Source: Gammaproteobacteria bacterium (GTDB lineage Bacteria > Pseudomonadota > Gammaproteobacteria > Pseudomonadales > Pseudomonadaceae). From it: DNA of 64,000 bases. The DNA lies in the NCBI GenBank assembly GCA_012728315.1, contig JAAYFI010000026.1, positions 111,778 to 175,777 of the forward strand, written 5' to 3'. The notes under the pieces are model-generated. The model worked only from the letters and a program-made list of their open reading frames with translations. It did no database searches and was not told the origin of the DNA. The translations under genes were made by a program, and so were the position numbers. Positions 40,094-52,269 of this stretch are shown in pieces. Each line of letters opens with the position of its first letter. Within the stretch, counting starts at the first letter, position 1.

Positions 40094-40633
40094 TTACTCT
40101 GTTGTAGTGCCTTTGTTCTTAGGCTGGATCACCATATTGATACGCGGAGTAGGCGTGGTGACTGTGCCTTGCTTGGCGCGACCGGCAGTAACAATTTCTT
40201 GCTTGGTGTCGTAAATGATTTTTTCACCGCGGAAGGTGTTGCCTTGTTGAATGACTTTTGCTTGGTCAATGATGATGATCTTTTCATTGCTGGCAAAGTA
40301 CTGAATAGTGAGGCCGTACGCTTGTACAAGATCTTTATCGGCGGCAGGCAGTTGTTCATAGTAAGCAGGCTTGCCTTGCGAGGTGAAGACATCAATATCG
40401 CCATTCTTATCTAAGGTAATAGTTACTGTGTCGCCGGTAATCTTTAATGTGCCTTGGGTAATGACAACATCACCACGGTAGATTGCCACGCCGCGCTTAT
40501 CATCCATTTCTGCGCTGTCGGCCTGCACATTGATGGGCTGCTGGCTATCAGAGGGTAGGGCATGCGCCAAACCGCTGAGCAAGCTAAAACTAGTGGCAAG
40601 GATTACAGCGGCTGTGCTTCTAGCGAACTTCAT
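40094..40633 (-). CDS. lptA: LPS transport periplasmic protein LptA (LptH)
   Basis: Signal peptide, [20 protein letters not shown] OstA fold. Confidence 0.93.
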   Translation of the reverse strand: MKFARSTAAVILATSFSLLSGLAHALPSDSQQPINVQADSAEMDDKRGVAIYRGDVVITQGTLKITGDTVTITLDKNGDIDVFTSQGKPAYYEQLPAADKDLVQAYGLTIQYFASNEKIIIIDQAKVIQQGNTFRGEKIIYDTKQEIVTAGRAKQGTVTTPTPRINMVIQPKNKGTTTE

Positions 40634-41189
40634 GTCGGCCTCTCACGTTTGAAAGTAAATGCATTTTGCTTTCATTTAAATAAGTTTGCATGCCAACGCC
40701 TGTAGTGATGCCATTGGCCGCTTCAATTTTTACTGCAAGTTGAGTGTGTGCGTATTCGGTGCTTGGTACATAGGTCAGCTGTTGAGTCGTTAATATAGTT
40801 GGGCGGCCTTGCTCGTCGGTACGGGCAATCCGGACATTGTCGATCAATTCAACTTCTTTGCCTTCTGGGCTGACTTCGCTGCGCTCACTGGTAATGTGCC
40901 AAGGTAGGTCGGTGCCGCGATAGAGTAACAAGTCGGGCTGCAATAATAACGTAATATCATCGTGCTGCGTATGTTCAATGCGCGGGCTGTTAAGCTCGTA
41001 ATGTAATGTGCCCGTTTCCGTGAATTGTATAGTGTGTGTGTCTTGTGCAAAAAAGTCGATACTGTTGTTGTCTACAGTTAAGGCCGATGAGGCGGTATCT
41101 GCAGAGCTATTAATATTCCAATAACCTAAGGCTGCGACCAGCACAGCAAAGGGTAAAAAGAATAAAGCCAAGCGTAAGTTTGCGGACAT
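40620..41189 (-). CDS. lptC: LPS export protein LptC
   Basis: N-terminal TM, beta-jellyroll ending LLSNVRG; located between kdsC and lptA. Confidence 0.9.
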   Translation of the reverse strand: MSANLRLALFFLPFAVLVAALGYWNINSSADTASSALTVDNNSIDFFAQDTHTIQFTETGTLHYELNSPRIEHTQHDDITLLLQPDLLLYRGTDLPWHITSERSEVSPEGKEVELIDNVRIARTDEQGRPTILTTQQLTYVPSTEYAHTQLAVKIEAANGITTGVGMQTYLNESKMHLLSNVRGRHEVR

Positions 41190-41204
41190 ATGGGCAACCG
41201 AAAG

Positions 41205-41741
41205 TTATAAGTAAGCGCTTTGCGCAGCGTCGAGAGTGCCTTGTGCAGCCATAATAAACTCACAGAGCTCACGCGCCGCGCCTTCGCCGCCACCTAAGGC
41301 TGTAACAGCTTGAGCATGCTGGCGCACAAAAGCGTTAGCATTGGCAACTGCAACACCTAAAGCAACGCAGCGAATAGGCGCTAAATCAGGCAAGTCGTCG
41401 CCTAGGTAGGCAACTTGCTGGTAAGAAAGTTGCAATTGGCCGAGTAATTCATCCAACGCTATGCGTTTATCTTCGCGACCTTGGATGACATGCTCAATGC
41501 CTAAGTTTGCTGCGCGGCGCTCAACAACACTAGAGCTGCGACCGGTAATAATGGCCGCCTGTACGCCAGAATTCATCAGCATTTTAATCCCTTGGCCGTC
41601 GAGGGTGCTGAACGCTTTGGCTTCGCTGCCATCGGCTAAGAAATATAACTTGCCATCGGTTAAGACGCCGTCAACGTCTAATACTAAGAGACGTACATTG
41701 CGTGCGCGTTGTACTAAATCAATATTGGCAAGGTTTAGCAT
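41205..41741 (-). CDS. kdsC: KDO 8-phosphate phosphatase
   Basis: DVDGVLTDG, ITGR, GDDLPD, GGEGAARE. Confidence 0.95.
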   Translation of the reverse strand: MLNLANIDLVQRARNVRLLVLDVDGVLTDGKLYFLADGSEAKAFSTLDGQGIKMLMNSGVQAAIITGRSSSVVERRAANLGIEHVIQGREDKRIALDELLGQLQLSYQQVAYLGDDLPDLAPIRCVALGVAVANANAFVRQHAQAVTALGGGEGAARELCEFIMAAQGTLDAAQSAYL

Positions 41742-42715
41742 TACATTACTCCGGCACGCAATAAATCGTGCATATTTAAAGCGCCTATGGCTTGGTTGTG
41801 CTCGTTGACTACGGGTAGAGAGCTGATTTTATGATCTTCCATGATTTTTAATGCTTCGGCGGCAAGCATATCCGGACGTGCGGTTTTGCCACCATGAGTC
41901 ATCAATTCAGCAATGCTTGCTTCCCGTACATCGATGCCCTTGTCTAGGGCGCGACGTAAATCCCCGTCAGTAAAAATTCCAGCTAAGGTGTGCTCAGGCG
42001 ATAAAATAAGCGTCATTCCAAGCCCTTTTTGTGTCATTTCTAATAAGGCTTCACGCAGCGATGCGTTGCGTGCAACGGCAGGCAGTTCATCGCCGCTGTG
42101 CATCACATGCTCAACCTTGAGCAGCAAACGGCGCCCTAAAGCACCGCCAGGGTGGGAGAAGGCAAAATCTTCTGGGGTAAAGCCGCGCGCCTCAAGGAGT
42201 GCAATCGCTAAGGCGTCACCCAGTACCAAGGTCACGGTGGTGGATGAGGTTGGTGCTAAATTAAGAGGGCATGCCTCTTGCGCAACTTGAGTGTCTAGAT
42301 TGACTTGAGCTGCTGACGCTAGGGTGGACTCTGGGTTGCCCGTCATGCTGATTAGGGTAATGCCTAAGCGCTTAATTAGGGGCAGTAAGGTCACGATCTC
42401 ATTGGTTGTGCCAGAATTAGATAACGCCAGCACCACATCATCTGCGGTAATCATGCCCATATCGCCATGGCTGGCTTCAGCTGGGTGGACAAAGAACGCT
42501 GGAGTGCCGGTGCTGGCTAAAGTGGCTGCAATTTTATGACCGATGTGTCCAGACTTACCCATGCCGACTACAACGACGCGCCCTTTGCACGCTAAAATAA
42601 GCTCACAGGCTTGCACAAAACTGTGGTCAATGCGTGCAAGCAAACTGCTAATGGCATCTTGTTCAAGGCTGATGGTGCGTTTGGCGGAGGCAATCAGGGA
42701 ATCAGAGGAAAACAT
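41741..42715 (-). CDS. kdsD: Arabinose 5-phosphate isomerase
   Basis: GMGKSGHIG, HPAEASHGD, EACPLNLAPTSS, CBS pair. Confidence 0.96.
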   Translation of the reverse strand: MFSSDSLIASAKRTISLEQDAISSLLARIDHSFVQACELILACKGRVVVVGMGKSGHIGHKIAATLASTGTPAFFVHPAEASHGDMGMITADDVVLALSNSGTTNEIVTLLPLIKRLGITLISMTGNPESTLASAAQVNLDTQVAQEACPLNLAPTSSTTVTLVLGDALAIALLEARGFTPEDFAFSHPGGALGRRLLLKVEHVMHSGDELPAVARNASLREALLEMTQKGLGMTLILSPEHTLAGIFTDGDLRRALDKGIDVREASIAELMTHGGKTARPDMLAAEALKIMEDHKISSLPVVNEHNQAIGALNMHDLLRAGVM

Positions 42716-42786
42716 AGTCAGTTGTTCTTCAGCATAAAAAAATAATTATACGTGAAATTGCTGGGTAACTCATCCGCTCTTAACCC

Positions 42787-43527
42787 TTAGCGGTTATGTT
42801 GATACAGGCGTGATGGATTATGGTCTTTATAGGCCGTTTCTAAGTCTTTAAGCAACTGTTCGGCGTAAGCTGAGTTTTTCGAAATAATAAAGGTGATTGG
42901 CACGCTATGAATGCTTACATACGGCATCTGCAGCTCAGCAATGCCAAGTTGGCGCATAGTATGCTGAATGGGTGTGACATAGTTGAGTAAGTAATCACCG
43001 CGTTTGCGCATTAGCATAGCAATCGCTGAAGTATGTTTGCTGGTGCGGGTGATGTTTAAGTTTAAGCTTGGGTCTGTTAGCCACTCGGCTGCAGGCGACC
43101 AATAGCTGTAGCCATTAATAAGAATAATTTTTTTATTATGCAGGTCGTCTGGTAGTTGCGGAGGCGGTGCTGAAGGGTGATAAAACAGCGCAAGAGTCGC
43201 TGTGTTGAGCTGTTGTGAGCCTTCAAGTACGTGGCCAGATAATTCAGGTTTGCCGGCAGAGCCTAACCATAAGTCCACTTCGCCAGAAATAAGTTGAGCA
43301 TACAAGCGGGCTGAAGGTAGAGCTTTAAAAGCGACCGCATACCCTTGTTGTTTCAGTAAAAGCTCACAGAGCTTGAGGGTGGAGCCTGCGGGGCTGCCTT
43401 CACTGTTGGTGTAAGACACTGGCGGGAAATCATAGTAACCCACAGTGATTAGAGGTTTACTTTGTGCGCTGAGACTAAAGGGTGCCAGTAAGCCTATGCA
43501 TAGAAAAAAGACCCGTAAATATGTCAT
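42787..43527 (-). CDS. Orphan periplasmic solute-binding protein (family 3-like)
   Basis: Signal peptide, VGYYDFPP, LPSARL, GYSY, MLMRKRGDY pattern. Confidence 0.75.
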   Translation of the reverse strand: MTYLRVFFLCIGLLAPFSLSAQSKPLITVGYYDFPPVSYTNSEGSPAGSTLKLCELLLKQQGYAVAFKALPSARLYAQLISGEVDLWLGSAGKPELSGHVLEGSQQLNTATLALFYHPSAPPPQLPDDLHNKKIILINGYSYWSPAAEWLTDPSLNLNITRTSKHTSAIAMLMRKRGDYLLNYVTPIQHTMRQLGIAELQMPYVSIHSVPITFIISKNSAYAEQLLKDLETAYKDHNPSRLYQHNR

Positions 43528-43746
43528 GGCAATGCTCTTTATGACTATGACTGTGGTTGCTTGAGCATAACCTATAAAGGTAAGGCTCAAACAATAACAT
43601 CGTAAAGTTTACAAGCAAGGCGCATAGGGTTTGCAGGCGGACTCTAAAAGAGTCGGATTGGTTGAGGTATTTAAGAGTTGCTTAAATAAACACTGTAGAA
43701 TGTTGGCGTGCCCGCTCAAGGGTGAAATGGTCGAGGTGGAGAGTAC

Positions 43747-45090
43747 ATGTCTTTTGCAAGTCTAGGGTTAATGTCGGCGTTGCTGGATAATTTGCAGCAG
43801 CTGGGTTATCAACAACCAACGGCGGTTCAGCAACAGGCCATTGCACCGGTTTTGGCGGGTTCAGATGTTTTAGCGGCTGCGCAAACTGGAACAGGAAAAA
43901 CCGCTGCGTTTACTTTACCCGTCTTGCAAAAAATGCTCACCGAAGGCAGCAAGGTGACGGCCAACTGTGTGCGCACTTTGGTGCTGGTGCCTACTCGAGA
44001 GCTTGCCGAGCAAGTGCATGAATCCATTGTGAGCTATCTGCAGGAGCTGCCGCTGCGTACCGCCGTTGCCTATGGTGGGGTCAGTATTAATCCGCAAATG
44101 ATGAAGATGCGGCGCGGGGTTGATATTTTAGTGGCAACCCCAGGTCGCTTGATTGACTTGTACCAACACAATGCTGTGCGCTTTCATCAGCTGCAAGTTT
44201 TAGTGCTGGATGAGGCGGATCGCATGTTGGACTTAGGTTTTGCGGATGAGCTCAATGCGCTCTTTACGCTGATGCCCCGTAAGCGGCAAACGCTATTGTT
44301 TTCGGCGACTTTTTCTGGGCCGATTCGCACTTTAGCAGGACGTTTGCTGGATCAGCCTGTACGTATTGATGTGACGCCTAAGCATTCAGCAGCAGAAACC
44401 GTTAAGCAGTATTTACTGGTGGTGGATAAGAAAGATAAGGCTGAGTTGCTCTTGCATTTATTGAACAGTCGTCAGTGGGGGCAGGTGTTGGTTTTTGTGC
44501 GCACCCGTAAAGGCGCTGAAGCATTGAGCAAAAAGTTACTCGCGGCACAAGTCGCAACAGACGCTATTCATGGCGATAAGACTCAGCCAGCACGTTTACG
44601 TGCTCTACAAGATTTTAAGGACGGGCGCATCCAAGTGCTGGTGGCCACTGATGTTGCTGCACGTGGTTTAGATATTGAACAGTTGCTGCATGTCGTGAAC
44701 TTTGATTTGCCTACGGTCGCGCAAGATTATGTGCACCGTGTCGGGCGTACTGGACGGGCCGGCTTAACGGGTGAGGCGGTGTCTTTGGTGAGCGCCGATG
44801 AGTTGGATGAGTTGATTGCTATTGAAGAGCTGCTGGGGCTGAATTTGCAGCGCTTTGATGAGCCCGGTTTTTATGCTGAGCATCGATTACCGGACACCGT
44901 TGTCGGTGTTGGGCGCATTAAAAAGCCAAAGAAGCCTAAAAAAAATAAGGCTGCAGGCTCTGGGAACATTCATTTGGGTGATGCTTTTGCGCCACAGCCT
45001 GCGCCGCAAGTGGTACAGGTACGACAAATGCCGCGTTTAGCTGTGCATGGTCGTGGTAAGCCTAAAACCCATAAGCCTAAAGCGCGTTAA
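43747..45090 (+). CDS. rhlE: DEAD-box RNA helicase (RhlE-like)
   Basis: AQTGTGKT, PTRELA, DEAD, SAT, HRVGRTGR; basic C-terminal tail. Confidence 0.85.
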   Translation: MSFASLGLMSALLDNLQQLGYQQPTAVQQQAIAPVLAGSDVLAAAQTGTGKTAAFTLPVLQKMLTEGSKVTANCVRTLVLVPTRELAEQVHESIVSYLQELPLRTAVAYGGVSINPQMMKMRRGVDILVATPGRLIDLYQHNAVRFHQLQVLVLDEADRMLDLGFADELNALFTLMPRKRQTLLFSATFSGPIRTLAGRLLDQPVRIDVTPKHSAAETVKQYLLVVDKKDKAELLLHLLNSRQWGQVLVFVRTRKGAEALSKKLLAAQVATDAIHGDKTQPARLRALQDFKDGRIQVLVATDVAARGLDIEQLLHVVNFDLPTVAQDYVHRVGRTGRAGLTGEAVSLVSADELDELIAIEELLGLNLQRFDEPGFYAEHRLPDTVVGVGRIKKPKKPKKNKAAGSGNIHLGDAFAPQPAPQVVQVRQMPRLAVHGRGKPKTHKPKAR

Positions 45091-45113
45091 TGCGTATTGA
45101 GTGCAGGCGTTTG

Positions 45114-45713
45114 CTAGGGTTTGATGGCGTTGAGTAACTGGAAGCAACTGGTGGCGTGCAAGTCCGTGAGTTCGGGCCATAGGTTAGTCGTTGTATTGAC
45201 CTGCACTGCGTAGCAGCCAGCGGCTTGTGCGGTTTTTAAGTCCATATGAAAATCACCCACCATGGCGATTTGCTCGGGTGCGACTTGCCAGTGTTGGGCG
45301 ATTTTTAACAGGCCATCGGGAGCGGGTTTCGGCGTGGCTTGTTCGCGACCGAAAATCAGTGCATCGCTAAAATAGTCCAATAAATCGATGGCTTGTAAGG
45401 TTAGCAAGGCCAGCTCTTTTGCATTGCGGGTTAAAATCGCCAGCTCACGCTCTTGATGGTGCAGGTGCTGGATCAACTCAACCGCCCCGGGCGCAGGCTT
45501 TGAGTTTAGGGCCAGCTGGCGCTCATGTTCGAGCAGCCAGGCATGTTTTTCTTGTGCTTCGGCGCGAGGTAATGCTGCAAGATGCCCTAAGATATCCGCA
45601 TGCTCAGGGATCTCCAGTATGCGGCGAATATAGAGAAAATCATGCACGGCAATGGTTAAAGTGCCGTCCATATCAAAGACCCAGTGCTGACACTGTTGTA
45701 AGTAAGCGGGCAT
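45114..45713 (-). CDS. HAD family hydrolase
   Basis: FDMDGTL, LTRN, KPAP, MVGD. Confidence 0.9.
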   Translation of the reverse strand: MPAYLQQCQHWVFDMDGTLTIAVHDFLYIRRILEIPEHADILGHLAALPRAEAQEKHAWLLEHERQLALNSKPAPGAVELIQHLHHQERELAILTRNAKELALLTLQAIDLLDYFSDALIFGREQATPKPAPDGLLKIAQHWQVAPEQIAMVGDFHMDLKTAQAAGCYAVQVNTTTNLWPELTDLHATSCFQLLNAIKP

Positions 45714-45717
45714 TGTA

Positions 45718-46605
45718 CTAACCCATAATATCTTTATGCTGCCAGTCGCCACGAGCACGGGTCAGGCCTTCTTGGGCCACAGAGGCAACCAAGCGACCGT
45801 CACGGGTGTAAATACTGCCGCGGGCAAAGCCGCGAGAATTGCCGGCCCACGGGCTTTCCATAGAATACAGCAGCCAGTCATCTAGACACACTTCTTCATG
45901 GAACCAAAGTGCATGATCAAGGCTGGCGACTTGCATTTGTGGCTGCCAAATAGAGGCGCCGTGTGGCAGCAGGGATGTGGTTAATAAGCCGAAATCTGAG
46001 GCATAGGCTAATAGGTATTTATGCAGCGCTGGGGTTTGCGGTAGAGAGCCTGCGGCCTTAAACCAGACTTGTTTAATGGGCGCACTGATTTCTGGATTGA
46101 GAGGATCTAACACTTGCACTGGGCGAGTTTCAATCGCTTTAGCACGGAGCATTTTTTCACGCTTTTCAGGGCTGAGTGCTTTGGCTAGACGTGGTGACAG
46201 TTCTTCTTCTGGAATCAAGTCTTCAGGTTGCGGAACATTGGGCATGTCTGTTTGGTGACGAAAACCTTCTTCGTGCTGATGAAAGGAGGCGCTGCAGGTG
46301 AAAATAGGCTGACCGTTTTGAATGGCGGTAACACGGCGCGTGCTGAAACTGCCGCCGTCACGGACGCGTTCAACGTGATAAATCACTGGTTTTTTTGCAT
46401 CGCCTGCGCGCAAAAAATAGCCATGCAAAGAGTTGGCTTGGCGTGCGCAGTCAACCGTTTGGCTGGCCGCTGATAGCGCTTGCCCGAGCACTTGCCCGCC
46501 AAACAGTTGGCGGAAACCTAAATCTTGGCTGGCGCCGCGAAATAGATTCTCTTCAATGGTTTCCATGTTCAAGAGCGACACTAGTTGGTCAAGAATTGAA
46601 TTCAT
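45718..46605 (-). CDS. tesB: Acyl-CoA thioesterase II
   Basis: FGGQVLGQ, SLHGYFLR, LAYASD, SLDH, QEG. Confidence 0.96.
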   Translation of the reverse strand: MNSILDQLVSLLNMETIEENLFRGASQDLGFRQLFGGQVLGQALSAASQTVDCARQANSLHGYFLRAGDAKKPVIYHVERVRDGGSFSTRRVTAIQNGQPIFTCSASFHQHEEGFRHQTDMPNVPQPEDLIPEEELSPRLAKALSPEKREKMLRAKAIETRPVQVLDPLNPEISAPIKQVWFKAAGSLPQTPALHKYLLAYASDFGLLTTSLLPHGASIWQPQMQVASLDHALWFHEEVCLDDWLLYSMESPWAGNSRGFARGSIYTRDGRLVASVAQEGLTRARGDWQHKDIMG

Positions 46606-46891
46606 TAGGTTCCTCGTGCTGACTCGCAGACAGATTATTAATAATTGCGTAATTATGGATCTATTTATTAGGGACGTACTGATTAATTGCGTTATACCCA
46701 GAAGCGCAGCGACCTGAGATTCGCTTGCTCATTGATCAACAAGGTCAATGGGATGCTAGTGCTACGCGGGGCATAGGTGTTTTTGCTTGATTCAATACCT
46801 CCTTGGAGATAAAAGTTTTTCAACTTGTATCGGTTATCTATTGTAGGGCTGGTATTATTTTACGCTTATATTACGACAAAGCGTTCCCCTT

Positions 46892-48145
46892 ATGGATCAT
46901 TCTACCCAGCATATAACCTCGGTTGAAGTTTGTATTATTGGTGGCGGGCCGGCAGGCCTGATGGCTGCAGAGGTGCTGGCGCGTGCCGGTCGAGCTGTGC
47001 ACCTCTATGATGCAATGCCTTCGCTGGGGCGTAAATTCTTATTGGCCGGGATAGGCGGTATGAATATTACCCACAGTGAAGACAAAGCCAATTTTGCGCG
47101 GCGCTATACAGACTCGACAGACTGGGTTGGCAGTTGGCTGGCGCAGTTTGATGCGCAGCAGGTGCGGGAATGGGTGCATGGCTTAGGTATTGAAACTTTT
47201 GTGGGCAGTTCTGGGCGCGTGTTTCCTAAAGAGATGAAAGCTGCCCCGTTGTTGCGTGCTTGGTTGCAGCGCTTGCGCAGTATGGGCGTGAAAATTCATA
47301 CGCGTAGTCGCTGGTTGGGCTGGGATGCTCAGGGGGCGCTGCATATTGCTACGGTTGATGGCGCGCAGTATGTGCAAGCCAACGCAGTGTTACTGGCTTT
47401 AGGTGGCGGGAGTTGGCCGCGCTTAGGCTCGGATGCGGCATGGCTGCCTATATTGCAGCAGCGCGCCATTGCCGTGGCCGCATTACAAGCCAGTAATTGC
47501 GGTTTTGAAGTGGCTGCTTGGAGTCCATATTTTGCCGCGAGATATCTTGGCGCACCGGTTAAAAACTGTGCTTTAAGTGTTGCGGGTCAAGCCTTTCGTC
47601 AAGGTGAGTGGGTGATTACTGCAAGTGGTGTTGAAGGCAGTTTGATCTATGCGCTGTCAGCGCAGATTCGTCAACAGATTAATCAGACGGGCTGTTGTAC
47701 TGTTTTGCTGGATTGTTTGCCGCATAAAAGTGTTGCGCAGATACAAAGTGCGCTTGAAAAAACTCGGGGCAAGAAAACGCTAACGAAACACTTGCAAGCG
47801 CAGTTGGGTTTGGATGGCGTGAAGGCTGCTCTGTTGCGCGAGTGTGCGCCGCCTGACAGCTTTAACGATATGTCGCAGTTGGCGCGCTATATCAAAGCGT
47901 TGCCTATTGAGTTATTGCGCCCTCGGCCGCTGGCTGAAGCAATCAGTACGGCAGGTGGCGTGTGTGCTGAAAATTTTGATCAGCATTTAATGTTGCAGCA
48001 GTTGCCTGGCGTATTTTGTGCAGGTGAGATGTTGAATTGGGATGCGCCCACCGGCGGTTATTTACTGACGGCATGCTTGGCCAGTGGTTTTGTTGCAGGG
48101 CAGGGGATGTTGCGTTGGTTGGCTGCAGGCAGTGTTGCAGACTAA
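46892..48145 (+). CDS. HI0933/BaiN-like flavoprotein
   Basis: GGGPAG, GRKFLLAG.GG.NIT, GSSGRVFP, WDAPTGGYL. Confidence 0.9.
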   Translation: MDHSTQHITSVEVCIIGGGPAGLMAAEVLARAGRAVHLYDAMPSLGRKFLLAGIGGMNITHSEDKANFARRYTDSTDWVGSWLAQFDAQQVREWVHGLGIETFVGSSGRVFPKEMKAAPLLRAWLQRLRSMGVKIHTRSRWLGWDAQGALHIATVDGAQYVQANAVLLALGGGSWPRLGSDAAWLPILQQRAIAVAALQASNCGFEVAAWSPYFAARYLGAPVKNCALSVAGQAFRQGEWVITASGVEGSLIYALSAQIRQQINQTGCCTVLLDCLPHKSVAQIQSALEKTRGKKTLTKHLQAQLGLDGVKAALLRECAPPDSFNDMSQLARYIKALPIELLRPRPLAEAISTAGGVCAENFDQHLMLQQLPGVFCAGEMLNWDAPTGGYLLTACLASGFVAGQGMLRWLAAGSVAD

Positions 48146-48206
48146 TGGGGTTGTTTTTTTTGATGAATGCTTGCGGTATTGGCTGATGCACCGTAATCTT
48201 TGCTGC

Positions 48207-48562
48207 GGAGAGTCGATCGGACAGTCGCTGTTTCATTGTTTCGGCAATGGGAGGGAGGAAAGTCCGGGCTCCATAGGGCAAAGTGCCAGGTAACCCCTGG
48301 GAGGCGTGAGCTTACGGAAAGTGCCGCAGAAAATAACCGCCTAAGCACGCAAGTGCCGGTAAGGGTGAAAAGGTGTGGTAAGAGCGCACCGCACGGCTGG
48401 TAACAGTCCGTGGCTAGGCAAACCCCACTTGGAGCAAGACCAAATAGGAGTCCATTGGCGTGGCCCGCGCTGGACTCGGGTAGGTTGCTTGAGGTCGTCA
48501 GTGATGGCGATCCTAGAGGAATGACTGTTCACGACAAAACCCGGCTTATAGATTGGCTCTCC
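48207..48562 (+). ncRNA. rnpB: RNase P RNA (class A)
   Basis: GAGGAAAGTCCGGGCTCC and ACAAAACCCGGCTTAT universal motifs; P1 pairing GGAGAGTCGATC / GATTGGCTCTCC. Confidence 0.98.
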
Positions 48563-48753
48563 ACCTCTTTTTTCTGACCAGCGACCGTTGGTCAGAGCGT
48601 GAAAAAACCTTCTCTTAAGAAAGCACTTTAACTTCCCAAGTTAAGGTGTTCGTTTATATATGCTTATTTTATTTTGTTGGCGTTTGAGTTGAAGTTCAAT
48701 CAGCTCGCTGCCGCTAAGTTCAAGACTTATATAGGGTTTCTCGTGTTTATTGC

Positions 48754-48816
48754 TTGACGCTGGGTGGCTGTGATTTCTATAGTGTGCATAAGTGGCATGA
48801 AGTGGGAAAAAGTGGG
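48754..48816 (+). promoter_or_regulatory. dcw promoter with MraZ-binding direct repeats
   Basis: TTGACG-18 nt-TATAGT followed by AAGTGG(G) at 48790, 48800 and 48810 (10-bp period). Confidence 0.85.
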
Positions 48817-48855
48817 TTTTTTCATTTAAGTGCTGCATAATATAGGGGCATAGCC

Positions 48856-49311
48856 GTGTTTCGCGGATCAAGCGCTATTAATCTTGACGCCAAAGGGCGC
48901 CTAGCGATGCCGAGTCGGTATCGAGAGGAGTTAATTGAGCGTTGTGAAGGCCAGTTGGTTATTACAATCGACTTGGCTGATCCGTGCCTGTGCATTTATC
49001 CACTGCCTGATTGGGAAAAGATTGAAACACAGCTGAGCCAAATGCCTTCTCTGCGTCCAGAAACACGTCAGCTCAATCGCTTATTGATTGGTAGTGCTGT
49101 GGATTTAGAGCTGGATAGTAGTGGTCGCTTGTTGATCCCCGCGCGTTTGCGTGAGCAGGCAGGACTGACTAAGCAAGTCATGCTTGTGGGGCAGCTGAAT
49201 AAGTTTCAGTTGTGGGATGAGAAAAAGTGGAACGATCTGCTCTGCGCTGATCTTGAAGATATTAAAAACCCTGATCACTTGCCCGAAGAATTAATGAATC
49301 TGGTCTTATAA
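48856..49311 (+). CDS. mraZ: Transcriptional repressor MraZ
   Basis: LDAKGRL and DSSGRL repeats. Confidence 0.97.
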   Translation: MFRGSSAINLDAKGRLAMPSRYREELIERCEGQLVITIDLADPCLCIYPLPDWEKIETQLSQMPSLRPETRQLNRLLIGSAVDLELDSSGRLLIPARLREQAGLTKQVMLVGQLNKFQLWDEKKWNDLLCADLEDIKNPDHLPEELMNLVL

Positions 49312-49313
49312 TT

Positions 49314-50251
49314 ATGAGCGAAGCGTTAAGTCACATCACTGTGTTGCTTGATGAGGCGGTTCATGCCCTCAGCGTGCGTGCGTCTGGCTGCTATGTAGAT
49401 GGCACCTTTGGCCGTGGTGGGCACAGTCGACTGATTTTGCAGCAGCTGGGTTGTGATGGGCAGCTTTTAGGTTTTGATAAAGACCCGCTTGCTATTGAAA
49501 CTGGGCTGCAACTGCAGCAGCAAGACCCACGCTTCTCTATTGTGCAGCGTAGCTTTGCGCAAATGGATGTGGAGCTGCAGCAGCGTCAGTTATTTGCTGA
49601 AGTGGATGGCGTGCTGCTGGACTTGGGTGTGTCCTCGCCGCAACTTGATGATGCTGAGCGCGGCTTTAGCTTTATGCATGATGGCCCGCTCGATATGCGC
49701 ATGAATCCAGCCGAAGGCATTAGCGCTGCGCAATGGATCGCAGAGGTGAGCGCGCAAGAAATGGCGCGCGTTTTCAAAGAGTATGGCGAAGAGCGTTTTG
49801 CTAAACGTATGGCCAATGCTGTCGTTGCGCGTCGAGAGCAACAGCCTTTTACGCGCACAGCTGACTTGGCGGCGGTTTTAACGGCAGCCAATCCGGCTTG
49901 GGAAAAAGGTAAAAACCCTGCCACCCGTGCTTTTCAGGGGATGCGCATCCACTTAAATAATGAGTTAACAGATTTAGAAGCCGGTCTAGAAGCCGCGATG
50001 GCCTCGTTGAAGGTGGGTGGGCGTTTAGTTGTCATTAGTTTCCATTCGCTGGAAGACCGCATTGTTAAGCAGTTTATGCGTCGCTTAGCAAAGGGTGAAG
50101 CGGATCAGTTGCCGCGGCATTTGCCGGTTATTGCGGAAAAGTTTGAGCCTATTGTCAAAATTATCGGTAAACCACAGTACGCCAGCGCTGCGGAATTAAA
50201 GGCGAACCCGCGTGCGCGCAGTGCTGTAATGCGTGTGGCGGAGAAACTACG

Positions 50252-50255
<4 letters not shown>
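49314..50255 (+). CDS. rsmH: 16S rRNA m4C1402 methyltransferase
   Basis: [33 protein letters not shown]. Confidence 0.98.

Positions 50256-52268
<2,013 letters not shown>

Positions 52269-52269
<1 letters not shown>

Noticed and set aside
47943-48532. Several short ORFs near 48 kb
   Set aside because: They overlap the RNase P RNA gene or the flavoprotein end; spurious.
48790-48816. AAGTGG 10-bp-period repeats as a novel element
   Set aside because: Explained by known MraZ operator repeats.
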